This document shows, one piece after another, positions 51,418 to 63,598 of a stretch of 64,000 nt of DNA. The position numbers and the translations under genes are program-made. This DNA is from Veleropilina oligotropha (lineage: Eukaryota), in contig JBEUKZ010000125.1 in the NCBI GenBank assembly GCA_048128005.1, positions 62,001 through 126,000 on the forward strand, in the 5' to 3' direction. Numbering within the stretch: the first letter of the stretch is position 1; every line of letters starts with the position of its first letter. The notes under the pieces were generated by a model that had not been told where the DNA came from, did no database searches, and saw only the letters and a list, made by a program, of their open reading frames with translations.

Positions 51418-52080
51418 GTAAGATAATTTCAATGTTGTCTCAATATTTTTAGGTGAGAGCCACCTAGAGAAGTGACTCTGACCATCTGGCTGACAGTTGT
51501 AGATTAAAAAATCAGTGTCCACCTCATGTAACCGTGCTGTGATTTTTATAACAACAATTCATTGCACTTATAGGTGTGAAGTTGAGAACCACCTCCAGGA
51601 AGGACTGTGACCGCCTGTTCAGCTGTCAGTTTTAGATCAAATCAAATTTGGTGCCCACCTTACTCAACGGTGTTGTACTTTTACATTATATTTAATATCC
51701 GAAGAAAGATCACTCTTTTAGCAGCACTATGACACAGATTTTTTCACAGTTTAATTCATATATATGCACATTCTAAAAGTTGCTTGACTGCATTTCTTCA
51801 AAATAGCACAAAATTGTTGCAATTCCTCTACATCCGTTGATGTGATCTGGACGATATCATTTCCAAATTGTAATACACTTTTCCAATGGAAGGCTGAGCT
51901 TGCGTGATGCAGATCGTGGCCAGCAACACAACTTTGCAGGACTCTCACCAAAATAGCATAACTTATTGGCAATCATATATGAAACCACACTAATTTCCAC
52001 AAGACTTTGATAGGTAAGTTTGTTGAATGATGATATGTATATAAATTAATGACATTATAAGGATATCGTGTTATTTTCAG

Positions 52081-52137
52081 TTGAAGGATCGTGTGCTGAG
52101 GGATATCATATGGATCCAGTCGCCCTGAAATGCATAG
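52081..52137 (+). CDS. Exon 24: EGF C-terminal half (C5-C6 loop only)
   Basis: gttattttcag acceptor, G|gtaag donor; VEGSCAEGYHMDPVALKCI; 57 nt, phase 1-1. Confidence 0.83.
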
Positions 52138-52578
52138 GTAAGGGGGTGTGGTCGAATAATCTATTTGCTAATTTAGGAAGTTTAAACATTGGGACCAAAC
52201 GTGATTATTAATTTTTGCGCGGAATTGGATACAATTTATTTGATGTTGACGGTCTGTGTAAATATAGGGATTACATCTTCTTACATTTATCAATGTGGTA
52301 CCATACTTTTGGACTTTGGATTTAAGAAACATTATAAAAAATTTCTGGAAGATATGTTAGCTCATAACTTCTGTGATCGTTCTGTGAAAGCAAACTCTAT
52401 TCAAAACACTGCTTCCGAATATGATAAAGTATCTTAATGTTTACAATTTTCAACATGAATATGTGCGTAGTTGTTTGTATATAATCCTGCCAATTTGTAA
52501 TGTAGGTCAACAAGTCAGAGCCTCTAGTTATCAATTTTGATGCCAAAAACTTTGTAACGCTTGTGTTCTTGTTTTCAG

Positions 52579-52656
52579 ACACTAATGAATGTCTAACGAC
52601 AAGTGGAATTTGTGGGTTGGGAAAGAATTGTGTAAACGCCCCCGGTAGCTACCAAT
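52579..52656 (+). CDS. Exon 25: calcium-binding EGF N-terminal part (C1-C4 only)
   Basis: cttgttttcag acceptor, T|gtgagt donor; DTNECLTTSGICGLGKNCVNAPGSYQ(C); the Cys codon T|GC is completed by exon 26. Confidence 0.88.
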
Positions 52657-53345
52657 GTGAGTACCATATTCAATTTATTAAGGGCCCCTGGCGGGGCGCG
52701 TACATATTAGGGGTACTGAATTGCATAATCAAAAACGGCAATTGAATTTTGCTGTTGACTATATATGAACAAATAAAGATGTCAAGAAGTGTAGGGTGTT
52801 GTAATTACATTTACTAGAACAAAACACAATCGACTTGGTTTGCCTAACAGATTACCGATAACAGAGGATGCGGTGATTATATAAAATAGTCCTCAGATAT
52901 GCGTTGCTTATTGTGCATCCGTTGTCATTGGTTGAGCCAATTTTGACAGTCAATCAGGGGTCGATCTTCAGGTGGTGAATGTCTCGGAAAATGAAACATT
53001 TCACATTAAACTGTAGATTTCTGGGTTATATAGCATTTGGAAAATTCAAACGTCCTTTCGACCTGCAGCACAACGTAACTCGGCTCTTACTGCATGCAAC
53101 CATTTACCTATTTACATTTGATGCACAGGTGCCTAGAGGGCGGCGGCCCTTGGACAAGTTCAAAGGTGGGTGACCTTGATTTGTTCAAGGTTACACGTGC
53201 ACACCTTTGAAATGTATAACATAAGCAGGTCATTAGTGACAACAATCTCTAGTAATTGCAATTGCTGCTGCTAGTTATGCTATAACGTTGATTGAAGTAT
53301 TTAAGAATGGCTGATAAAACAACCTTTTGCTTGATTTTTCTTTAG

Positions 53346-53590
53346 GCATGGCGTACTGCCAGGGCAGCGGTGACCCCCATTATACGACATTCGACGGTCA
53401 AAGGATTCATTATCAAGGACGGTGTAAATACCTACTAACGGAACCGTGCGAGGACTTTGGGAGCATACCAAACTGGAGTGTGTCGGCACAAAACAAGGGC
53501 AGCACCACGAGGGATGTCTCGAGCACACGGACGGTGTACATGCAAATCGGGGACACCGAGATAATTATCGACAGAAAGATGGTAGTCTAT
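53346..53590 (+). CDS. Exon 26: second VWD domain N-terminal part with GDPH motif
   Basis: tttttctttag acceptor, TAT|gtaag donor; CMAYCQGSGDPHYTTFDGQRIHYQGRCKYLLTEPC...; phase 1 to 0. Confidence 0.94.
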
Positions 53591-54150
53591 GTAAGTGGAG
53601 ACATCAAAGTATACTGTTACTTGACAGAACATATGCATTACGTAATATTATTTGCTTATGGCGCATCTCAATTGAAACAAAGCAGAAAAAAATATATATG
53701 ATTAAATCAATCAATCGATATTCAGCTCAAATGTCATTGATGTCAAATTGGACAGGAAGACTAAGATCACCGGAAAGTTCTAGGAAATGGTGAGGAATGG
53801 GCATCTCTCAGCTGTTTGGATATGACATAGTTTGGGGGCGAGGAATGGATGGATGAGAGAAACAGGACACCTCAGTGAGCTATCATGGATAGTTTGGGGG
53901 ATGAGGGTGATAAGAACCTCAAATTACAAGGATTTTCCAGGGATAGTTAGGGAGTGTGAGGGGCTCAGGACACCTCAGTTGACGGAGAATTACAAAAGGG
54001 ATATTTTCGGGCAACCCCTGTATACTTAGGCTGACATGGAGTCCAATAAGGAATAGTTTGGGTATAATGCAGCAGTTTGATCCGAGTCTGGTGGATCAAG
54101 TAGGGGTACCCTGGAAGTGGACCAACTTCATTTAAATCTTTTTGTTGCAG

Positions 54151-54320
54151 ATTAATAACGTCTTGAGTTCCATCCAATTCCACATCACAGTTGATGGCCA
54201 TGATGTCTGGGGTTACATGGAAGGCGACTTCGCTGTAATCAAGACCGACTTTGATGTCTACGTGAAATTTAACGGGCGAAGCACCGTAAAGATCACCGCA
54301 CCAGACACTTACGAGAGCAT
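54151..54320 (+). CDS. Exon 27: second VWD middle part
   Basis: ttttgttgcag acceptor, AT|gtaag donor; INNVLSSIQFH...IKTDFDVYVKFNGRSTVKITAPDTYES; phase 0 to 2. Confidence 0.92.
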
Positions 54321-55049
54321 GTAAGTTCTGATTGGATAACATCCATCCAATCACCACAGAGATAGAAAATGATGCGGATCATATTTGAAATGGCCTTTCA
54401 CACAGTGAAAACATCTAAAGATGTAGCTTAAAGCTAATGTTGAAACTCTCGTCAAAATATCTTGAGTAAATCCAGAAGCAATGGAAGTCTCTGTATTTTC
54501 AATTGTAATTTCTGTTATTTTCATGTAAGGAAAATACCATGTTACCTCCGCTGTTCATGCACTATTTTGTTTACATTTACTCCTTCGTCACCCAAATCGA
54601 GATAAGCCCTAAGTCTGACGAGATTGAAATCTAAATCTTGCCTAGCCATTCACTCATCATTCAAGTTTTGTTCGCACAATCTATAAGACGTGTCACGAAT
54701 GTAAGTTCTACTTTATAATATGTCATATAAATTTTTCATTTTTGTTCACTACTTAATTTCTAGACTCTAGTCCTTGCTGACTGCTGAGCAGACATAATTG
54801 GAACTTCTCATGCTTGTTCACTAGCGACGAATTCTCCTAAATGACTTTGCATTGAATGCTATGGGAGGGGTTGATGAAAGTAGCTATTCAATGGATAACT
54901 TGTATAGTTTATATGTGGCAAGTACATAGATGCGTTTGGGGTCACCAGTTGAGTTATGAGGGAATTTTGACACACTAATTAGTGGAACATCAAAAGGTGC
55001 GACCGTTCTTTCTTTTTGCAAGTGTTCAAGACATCATGTTCTTTTTCAG

Positions 55050-55190
55050 CGGCATGTGTGGTATATGCGGCAACTACAACGGTGACAAATCAGACGATCT
55101 GACGACATCGTATGGAGTAGATGTATCGCACCTCCCGAATAAGTATGAATTGGTTGGCAACAGTTGGCTTATATCGGATGACCAAACTGG
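55050..55190 (+). CDS. Exon 28: second VWD C-terminal part (CGIC motif)
   Basis: ctttttcag acceptor, GG|gtgagt donor; GMCGICGNYNGDKSDDLTTSYG...ELVGNSWLISDDQTG; phase 2-2. Confidence 0.93.
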
Positions 55191-55399
55191 GTGAGTTTAC
55201 AAAATGACTAAACAATCGCATGCGTTACGCTATTGATAATACCGGTGTACCAGGAATTCCTCCCCCCTGGAAATCCTCCCCCCCCCCCCGGGGGATAAAG
55301 TTAGTAGGTCAGCAGACAATTGCCGGCCATAATAGACCAGGTACACAGTCGCCAACTGCTATTGACCATCGAGTGATTATCTTTCTCATTTTCCTGTAG

Positions 55400-55538
55400 A
55401 TGTCAAGTGACCGATGCGCCGACGTGTCCAGAGGCTACGTCTGCTGAAATGTCCGAAGTCAGCAAATGCGGTCAGTTACTGACTACGGATGGGCCGTTTG
55501 CAGAATGTTTGGCTCATGATACGCTTGACGTCACGGAG
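55400..55538 (+). CDS. Exon 29: C8 domain first part; the gene continues beyond the window
   Basis: ttttcctgtag acceptor, GAG|gtaaac donor; CQVTDAPTCPEATSAEMSEVSKCGQLLTTDGPFAECLAHDTLDVTE; phase 2 to 0. Confidence 0.88.
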
Positions 55539-56207
55539 GTAAACGGCATAGGTTGCATCAATATTTTCTTGTGATATCCTTTATTGAAGAAGGTAATATA
55601 TGAGCGGCCATCTGTAAATATATTATTTAGCACTATTATTTATATATAATAGCTTTATTTATAAATAATGTCCATTTTACCAGTAAATGATGACTTATTT
55701 ATATATAAATGCTTTTGGTAATTTTTTACATTTGGCTCATAGCTGAGCACATTTCGTATTATATGTAGATAATTGGTGCTTTAAGCAAAGAAGACCATTA
55801 TTTATATATAATTTTAGTCAAATGTCAGACTGAACAATATTTACATATAATGACATTGGTGTTCAACACGCAACTTTATTTATAAATAATTTGCACAAGT
55901 CGGATTATATGTATATAATGAAAATGATTGCCTATATAAATGAAATTGTTTACCTAAAAATTTTCTTATTTACGTAAATAATTTTTTATATACATTAATA
56001 ATTTTTTATATACCTAAACAATTTATTATTTACATAAATTAAAAATTGTTAATAATTTTTTATTTACTCGTACAATTTTTATTTATGTAAATAATTCATT
56101 AATTACGTATATAAGTCATTATTTAGGGTGCTCTCCCTTGTATTTATCGTAAACGACCGGAATATATTAGCAGAATACCGGTTATTTCGGGCATTCAAAT
56201 TCGGCTA

Positions 56208-59119
56208 CCGTATAATCGCGCTTATAAGGGCATGCCCTTATAAGGATGAGAACGTTTAAATTTTGAAACTAGTGAAACGTAATATTCCGCTCATAAGACT
56301 GGGTTCGTACGCATCAGGGAATTTCTGGAATATCAGGGAAAAACAGTATTTGCATTCCCTGCAGGGAATATCAGGGGATTTGTCAATAATGTTAAAATCA
56401 GGGAAAATCAAATTAAAGATATACATGGTTTCAAAATATGCCGACATTAATTGCAAATGTCAGTTTTGCGCTGCTACTTTCCAATGTCTAGTATATTATC
56501 CACAGTCAACAATCATGGCTATAAATATGTCTGGGTTTTTCCAGCTTTTGAAATGATTGCGGTTATGACGTCAGTAGACAAAACATTCAATTTGTTGAAG
56601 CTCTCCTGGTATGTCAAAGACTGTGTTTATAAATAGCAGCAGCAGAGCTGAGGAAATGAACATCTGGCTATTTGGCAAGCTGCCATACCCTAATTTTCAT
56701 ATCACTGAAGCAAAACAACTGCTGAGAGGTCATACATGTGATACCTCCCGCCGGGAGTATAATTCTCCCGAAATCGGCACCCCCAAAATGGCCTACTCCC
56801 GAAATGACAGAAATCTCCCGAAATGACAAATTCCTACCGGAATATCTTGATTTCTCCCTCAAAGCTATTTTCGCAATGTTATTTCTTATCCGCACAAGTG
56901 TTGAAGTCGGTAAACGGAACTCGTTTAATAAGTCGTCAACTCGTCAAATACAGTTGATGCTGTAACAATATACCTCAACATTAATTGTGTAGATAGAACG
57001 CGATAGAGCATGAAGATTATTGTCAAAATATTCGTTTGATACGCCATTTACCACAAGCACTCAACGTTCTTTTGTTGAAACATTGAAGCGTGCTTTTGTG
57101 TTGATAGATGTCGCGCAGTAATTTCGGGAACTATTTACGGAAATATACGAGTGTTTTCCGACTTTCAGATCTCTTTATATTGCGTTACAAAATAATCTCG
57201 CACCGGGTATTTAAGTTTCTACTATTGAATACGAAGATAATTTTCGAATCAACGTTGTGAACTATTTTGATGTAGGCCCGTAGTTCACAAAGAATTAGAT
57301 GTCAAATAGAGCTAATAAAGCAAATTAATTGGGAATAAATGCTATGAAAACATCTATTGTTTAATTACTAGCGAGAATGGCGGTTTCATCAAGAGTTTCA
57401 GTAGAGTTGCCAAATAATAGGGATTAGCGCAACTGACATGCTCTGAGCAAGAGTGATTTAATACCAGTTTGCGTTTATCGGCAAAGTACATAGCTATTAG
57501 GCCTAACCGCAAAGGTAATCTGGATTGTCGGCAAGAACTTTTAAAAATATAAGATGATTAATGATAATCGGCTTTTTTAGGTTTAATTTTGTTATGACAA
57601 CATATGTTACTATGCTGATCAAGTAATTAAAGCTGTGCATGTTGTACTTTACTGAAGATATATATAATAAGAATTGTAAATATTTAAGGTTGTATTATAT
57701 AATTATTTTATGGTGTTTAATATATATATATTTAATTATAATATTTATTGGTACATGTATTGCATAAATAAAATAATATTTCATTTCTATGAAGGCCTTT
57801 TTATTCAAATATTTTCAAATATATGACGAAAACTTGGCGATAAAAATACTCCTTAAATTTGACCCCAATCTCCTGGAAAAAAAATGCAAACCTCCTGAAA
57901 TGCAATCTTGGTTTCATCACATGTATGAGAGGTTGATAAATTGGTTCATTTATCTGACGAAAATATACAATGCAAATTAAATAAATTAAACAACCAGTAA
58001 ACAGCAACTGAACATTAATATCAATATATTAATGCATCATCAATGCACATAAATAGTTAGGTAACAATTTTTATAATATTATAAATATATAAAATAAAAT
58101 TACACAGTGAACACTGATTAATTGCTTCTTGAATTTTGCACATTTAAAAAGTCAAAAATTAAGTCTTGATTATATAGAGTAAAGCTTCCATATATGAAAC
58201 CCAGATTGCAACTGAAGTCATGTTCTAACTTCATTCATAATTTTCTCATGGGATATCCACCCAACCCCCCTATAAACGATGAACCCCCTATTAAGGTAAG
58301 AAATATCATGCAAATGTTTCTATATGTAAGCACCTGCATATATACGACATATGCTAATGAACATTGTCACATGACCATGCAGGCCACCAGGGAATGTTGG
58401 GCATTGCACAATCATGATTGTCACAATGCGCTGCCTACTTGACTGTTTGCGCCTATTACTTCAAACCATTTTAAAATAATTAAAAAAATAAATAAAGATG
58501 CTTCTGATTTTGTCACCATTGTGGCTATTGACTGTTGAATTTGTAATGCAATCTTTGTTTTTATTGCGCTTACTAATTCCCAAAAATATGAACCCTGATA
58601 AGAGCAACATGTCCAACCAAATGCCTAATTAGCAAATATACACCCACAGAGTTGTTTTGAGATTATTTTTCATCCTTGCGTAATGTCAAATACGTTAATT
58701 TGTCCGGAACGATTCTGTAAACGTGATCGCCTATCACCGAACTATGGAAAATAGCAACACTAAATCCCGACAATGATACTATCGTCAATGCTCCTCGACG
58801 TCGACATGCAGGCGCAGACCATGTGGAAGAAAATTTGTTTTTATCAATATTTATTTTATTTAGTAGTGTTAATATTATCATTATTATGATTTATTGCCAT
58901 AATAAACAAATATAAAGTAAAACAAGAATATCATTGCATAATATTGTTTTAACAAGTGCTATAAAAACTTGCATGTCCGGGTAAGTGAATTATTGCCATG
59001 CCCTTATATTCGAATATAAGAGCATGCCCTTATAAACGGGAGCGTTTAAATTTTTAAGGCGATCAAAAAATGTGAAAATTCACTTATAAGGGCATGTCCT
59101 TATAAGCGCGATTATACGA
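56208..59119. mobile_element. Tc1/mariner-type (CCGTA termini) non-autonomous element
   Basis: ta|ccgtataatcgcgcttataagggcatgcccttataag ... cttataagggcatgtccttataagcgcgattatacga|ta; TA TSD; no transposase ORF seen. Confidence 0.8.
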
Positions 59120-60006
59120 TATGCATCACGGTTTGTTCAAACACTTGATCTTGTCTCATGGCATCAAGATATCAATAAAATACTTATGCTTTTAGTTTCT
59201 GACCAGTTATTCGATGCATGTCATTGAAGCAGGGCACTGGTGGTTATGTATTACTGATAGAATGGAGGCGCCTGGCCTTGTTGTGGTGATATTGTCATGC
59301 ATAGATTAGTACTGTCGATATTATCAATATCGGTTACTCTTGCCGAGTTAAGGCGAAACTGAAATACGATACGAACCACATGCGTTTCAGCTATTGTAAG
59401 TTTAGAGTGCTTTCGAATCGACTACATGCAGAACATTAACCTGTAATTAATAATCAAAATCATTACAATTTAATCTCATAAATCACATTGCGCGTCCAAC
59501 AGCGCAAAAAACTGAACAGATCTGTTGATGGTGCAATATTAAATATCTGGTAGAATTCTTATCGATCGCAATAGTTGAACATCGCATGACCTAGTTACTG
59601 AGAAGCTGGTGTCACTGGCTGGCGGAACTATTCCCCATTAATCATTCCTAAAGCACACTATCAGCACCATTTCTGTTATGTGTTTCTCACTCTGATTTCA
59701 GCTTGGTTCGAAGTATTAAACTTAAATGTAGTATCGAAAAATAAAGCGAATTTATTAAAATAACATTTAAATTGTTTAAAGTGTGTGACTATAGTGGATT
59801 TAGGGAGGGGAGAAGGGGTCAGGACCATCCTGGGACCAAATGTAATTGTATACAGTATACATATTTGATAGTGCATGTTAATTTGAAACCTTTTACTCAT
59901 CCACAGTGGTGAACATGTTCATAATTGTTGGTAAAATAAGCCCCGTATTTGCACTAACAGAATGCAGGAAAGGGCCCCACCCCCTCGTGAATCGATCGTC
60001 GATAGT

Positions 60007-61068
60007 CAGGGCCGTAGCCAGAATTTTGTGAAGGGGGGTTCGAATATATATTGCTTGGGGCATAATTGGCCATCAATTTTACCATGTTGGTATGTGACAA
60101 AATAATGAAATTGCTTTGTTTGTAACAATAATAGCACTTAAAAATGCCTGAAGTAAGCATAAAAATGGTAATTGAAATTTGTTTCTAGACGGTCTGCGTG
60201 GGGATAGGGCCCCGCGCTCAAGAAAATTTTAGTATTGAAAGCTTCTCATGCATTCTGAAGCGGCAAATGCAATGATTTTCAGATTACTATCTACGATGTG
60301 CGTGGGGTTGGGGCCCCACGCTCAAGAAAATTTTAGTATTTAAAACTGTGGAACAGCTTCTGCTGCATTCTGATGTTTCAAATGCGATGTGTTTAGATTA
60401 CTATTGAGCAACGATGTGTGTGGGTTGGGGCCACACGGTCAAGTAATTTTTAGCATTTAAAACTGTGGAACAGCTTCTCCTGCATTCTGATGTTGCAATG
60501 TGCGTGGGGCCTCATCCCCACGCGCAAGAAAATTTTGGTATTTAAAACTGTGAAACAGCTTTTCCTGCGTTCTTAGGATGTATATGATGAGTTTTTAATT
60601 CACAATTAACTGTGCGCCCACGCGCAAGAAAATTTTAATATTGAAAACTATGAAGCAGCTTTTCCTGCGTTTTGAAGCTGTAAATGCGATGTTTTTGGCC
60701 AGTTATAAATATATGCACCATTTCCATAACATGTGTAGGCCTATTTCTCCCCCCCCCCCTGTAAACGTCCATGTACGCTTGCCAAGAATATGTACATATC
60801 CCGCTATGACCCTAGATGTCACAGGGATGCGTAGGTCTACTAAATTTTCATTTAGGGGGGAAGGGGGCTTAATTTTACATTACTATCAACGATGCGCCCC
60901 ATGAAGAAAATTTTAGTATTTAAAGTTAATCAGCGCTCAGAAAATACATATTCAATTGATAACTGTAAAGGAGCCACTGTAAAAAATATTGACTTTGACT
61001 TTAAGGGCAATCCAGTGGTAAGGGGGGGTTCGACCGAACCCCTCGAACCCCCCCTGGCTACGGCCCTG
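60007..61068. mobile_element. hAT-like MITE with a 5-bp TSD and internal ~110-120 bp tandem repeats
   Basis: atagt|cagggccgtagccag ... ctggctacggccctg|atagt; internal ccccacgctcaagaaaattttagtatttaaaactgtg units. Confidence 0.8.
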
Positions 61069-61544
61069 ATAGTATATTTTTATTTATATAATATATTCAC
61101 AGTTAGGCCTAATGATAACCGCAAAATAACATGTGCAAATTCTAAAAAATCATTTCCTCATTTAAAGTACGGACACACGAGGCGAGCTCTTCAAGTAATC
61201 ATTTTAAAAATTAAATGCTGATCACAATTATGATTAACGAAAAAACATCATGATGTGAATTAATAGGTTTATAAACATTTACATGCACTTATAATGGATA
61301 TATTTGCGATCACGTGACACATTTCTCTGTAGAACAGTATATACGCAAACATTTAAGCTATGCGGAAACCGAATGTGCCGAGGTCCGAAATATCAGGTAT
61401 TCTATGCGATATTCGGGCCGCTTATGCTAAATAAAGGGGGAGAGCACCCTAAATAATAAAATTGTATAGCTAAATAATGAATTGTTTAACTAAACAATTT
61501 CATTATTTACGATCAAAAATCCATTATTTAGAAACAATAAATTA

Positions 61545-61735
61545 TTTACATAAATAATGATTTATTTGCGTAAATAATGACTTATTTTCGTAAATAATGT
61601 CTTATTTTCGTAAATAATGACTTATTTGCATAAATAATGACTTATTTACGTAAATAATGACTTATTCACATAAATAACGACGTATTTACGTTGATAGTGA
61701 CTTATTCACATAAATAATGACTTATTTACATAATG
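61545..61735. repeat. 20-bp AT-rich minisatellite; degenerate relatives at 55610-56120
   Basis: Unit taaataatgacttatttacg. Confidence 0.9.
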
Positions 61736-62255
61736 GACACCACTGTTCTGTATGATGCATGTAAATGCCATGTCCCGTCGTCATTGCATGTGTGGCCGCT
61801 TCTATAATAGTGTGGTTTCGGTTGTGGACTCCGAAAATTCACTGACTTGATTCCGATAAGATGCACATATCCTGCTTTGAACCAAATGATGGTTGGAAAT
61901 ATACAGAATAATAAGCATCGATCCTTTCTTTCATTGCACGTTTGCACAAATTTGTAATATCCAGATCTATGAACTTAGGCTAGCCTGATGATATGTAAGA
62001 TTATATATATATATATACATATATACTTATATATATATATCCGTCGATTTATTTGAAAACTACAGGATGTACATTCCCACGAGTATTTGTAGGTCGTGTA
62101 TAGAACTTTCGTAACACATTTTTTGCAAAAAGTGCATTTAATAGGGCTTTTTATGCATAATTGCTATCAAGAGTCTATACAAATATCTCCATGAGGTCAC
62201 TTTGTTGCAGGTGTTGAGGTCAAATTGTTATATTGTATCTTTTTGTATTAAACTT

Positions 62256-63598
62256 CATAACAGTGTGAGGTCACAGTGCATGGATCATAACAGTGTGAGG
62301 TCACAGTGCATGGATCATAACAGTGCGACGTCACAGTGCATGGATCATATCAGTGTGACGTCACACAGTGCATGGATCATAACAGTGTGAGGTCACAGTA
62401 AATGGATCATAACAGTGTGACGTCACAGTGCATGGATCATAACAGTGTGAGGTCACAGTGCATGGATCATAACAGTGTGAGGTCACAGTGCATGGATCAT
62501 AACAGTGTGAAGTCACAGTGCATGGATCATAACAGTGTGACGTCACAGTGCATGGATCATAACAGTGTGAGGTCACACAGTGCATGGATCATAACAGTGT
62601 GGCGTCACACAGTGCATGGATCATAACAGTGTGGCATCACACAGTGCATGGATCATAACAGTGTGACGTCACAGTGCATGGATCATAACAGTGTGAGGTC
62701 ACACAGTGCATGGATCATAACAGTGTGGCATCACACAGTGCATGGATCATAACAGTGTGGCATCACACAGTGCATGGATCATAACAGTGTGAGGTCACAG
62801 TGCATGGATCATAACAGTGTGAGGTCACACAGTGCATGGATCATAACAGTGTGACGTCACAGTGCATGGATCATAACAGTGTGAGGTCACAGTGCATGGA
62901 TCATAACAGTGTGACGTCACAGTGCATGGATCATAACAGTGTGAGGTCACACAGTGCATGGATCATAACAGTGTGGCGTCACACAGTGCATGGATCATAA
63001 CAGTGTGGCATCACACAGTGCATGGATCATAACAGTGTGAGGTCACAGTGCATGGATCATAACAGTGTGAGGTCACAGTGCATGGATCATAACAGTGTGA
63101 GGTCACAGTGCATGGATCATAACAGTGTGACGTCACAGTGCATGGATCATAACAGTGTGAGGTCACACAGTGCATGGATCATAACAGTGTGAGGTCACAC
63201 AGTGCATGGATCATAACAGTGTGACGTCACAGTGCATGGATCATATCAGTGTGACGTCACACAGTGCATGGATCATAACAGTGTGGCGTCACACAGTGCA
63301 TGGATCATAACAGTGTGGCGTCACACAGTGCATGGATCATAACAGTGTGACGTCACACAGTGCATGGATCATAACAGTGTGAGGTCACACAATGCATGGA
63401 TCATAACAGTGTGGCGTCACACAGTGCATGGATCATAACAGTGTGGCGTCACACAGTGCATGGATCATAACAGTGCGACGTCACAGTGCATGGATCATAA
63501 CAGCGTGACGTCACACAGTGCATGGATCATAACAGTGTGAGGTCACACAGTGCATGGATCATAACAGTGCGACATCACAATGCATGGATCATAACAGC
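62256..63598. repeat. 30/32-bp minisatellite, about 43 copies
   Basis: Unit cataacagtgtga(g/c)gtcac(ac)agtgcatggat. Confidence 0.98.

Larger units (their letters stand above)
56124..61451. mobile_element. Large non-autonomous TIR element hosting nested insertions
   Basis: Imperfect ~70 bp inverted ends tagggtgctctccc...agaatacc.g.tatttcgg and ccgaaatatcaggtattct...gggagagcacccta. Confidence 0.7.

Noticed and set aside
85..55538. Assigning a gene symbol such as ZAN, FCGBP or TECTA
   Set aside because: Shared VWD-C8-TIL units do not establish orthology; the domain order differs and both gene ends are outside the window
61735..61800. LYDACKCHV peptide as the missing second half of C8
   Set aside because: No polypyrimidine/AG acceptor in phase 0 and the Cys spacing does not fit C8; the next exon is probably beyond the window
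62256..63598. Possible CRISPR array (about 30-bp repeats); also considered for 12676-13603 and 39878-39970
   Set aside because: Head-to-tail repeats with no unique spacers, no cas genes, and a eukaryotic intron context
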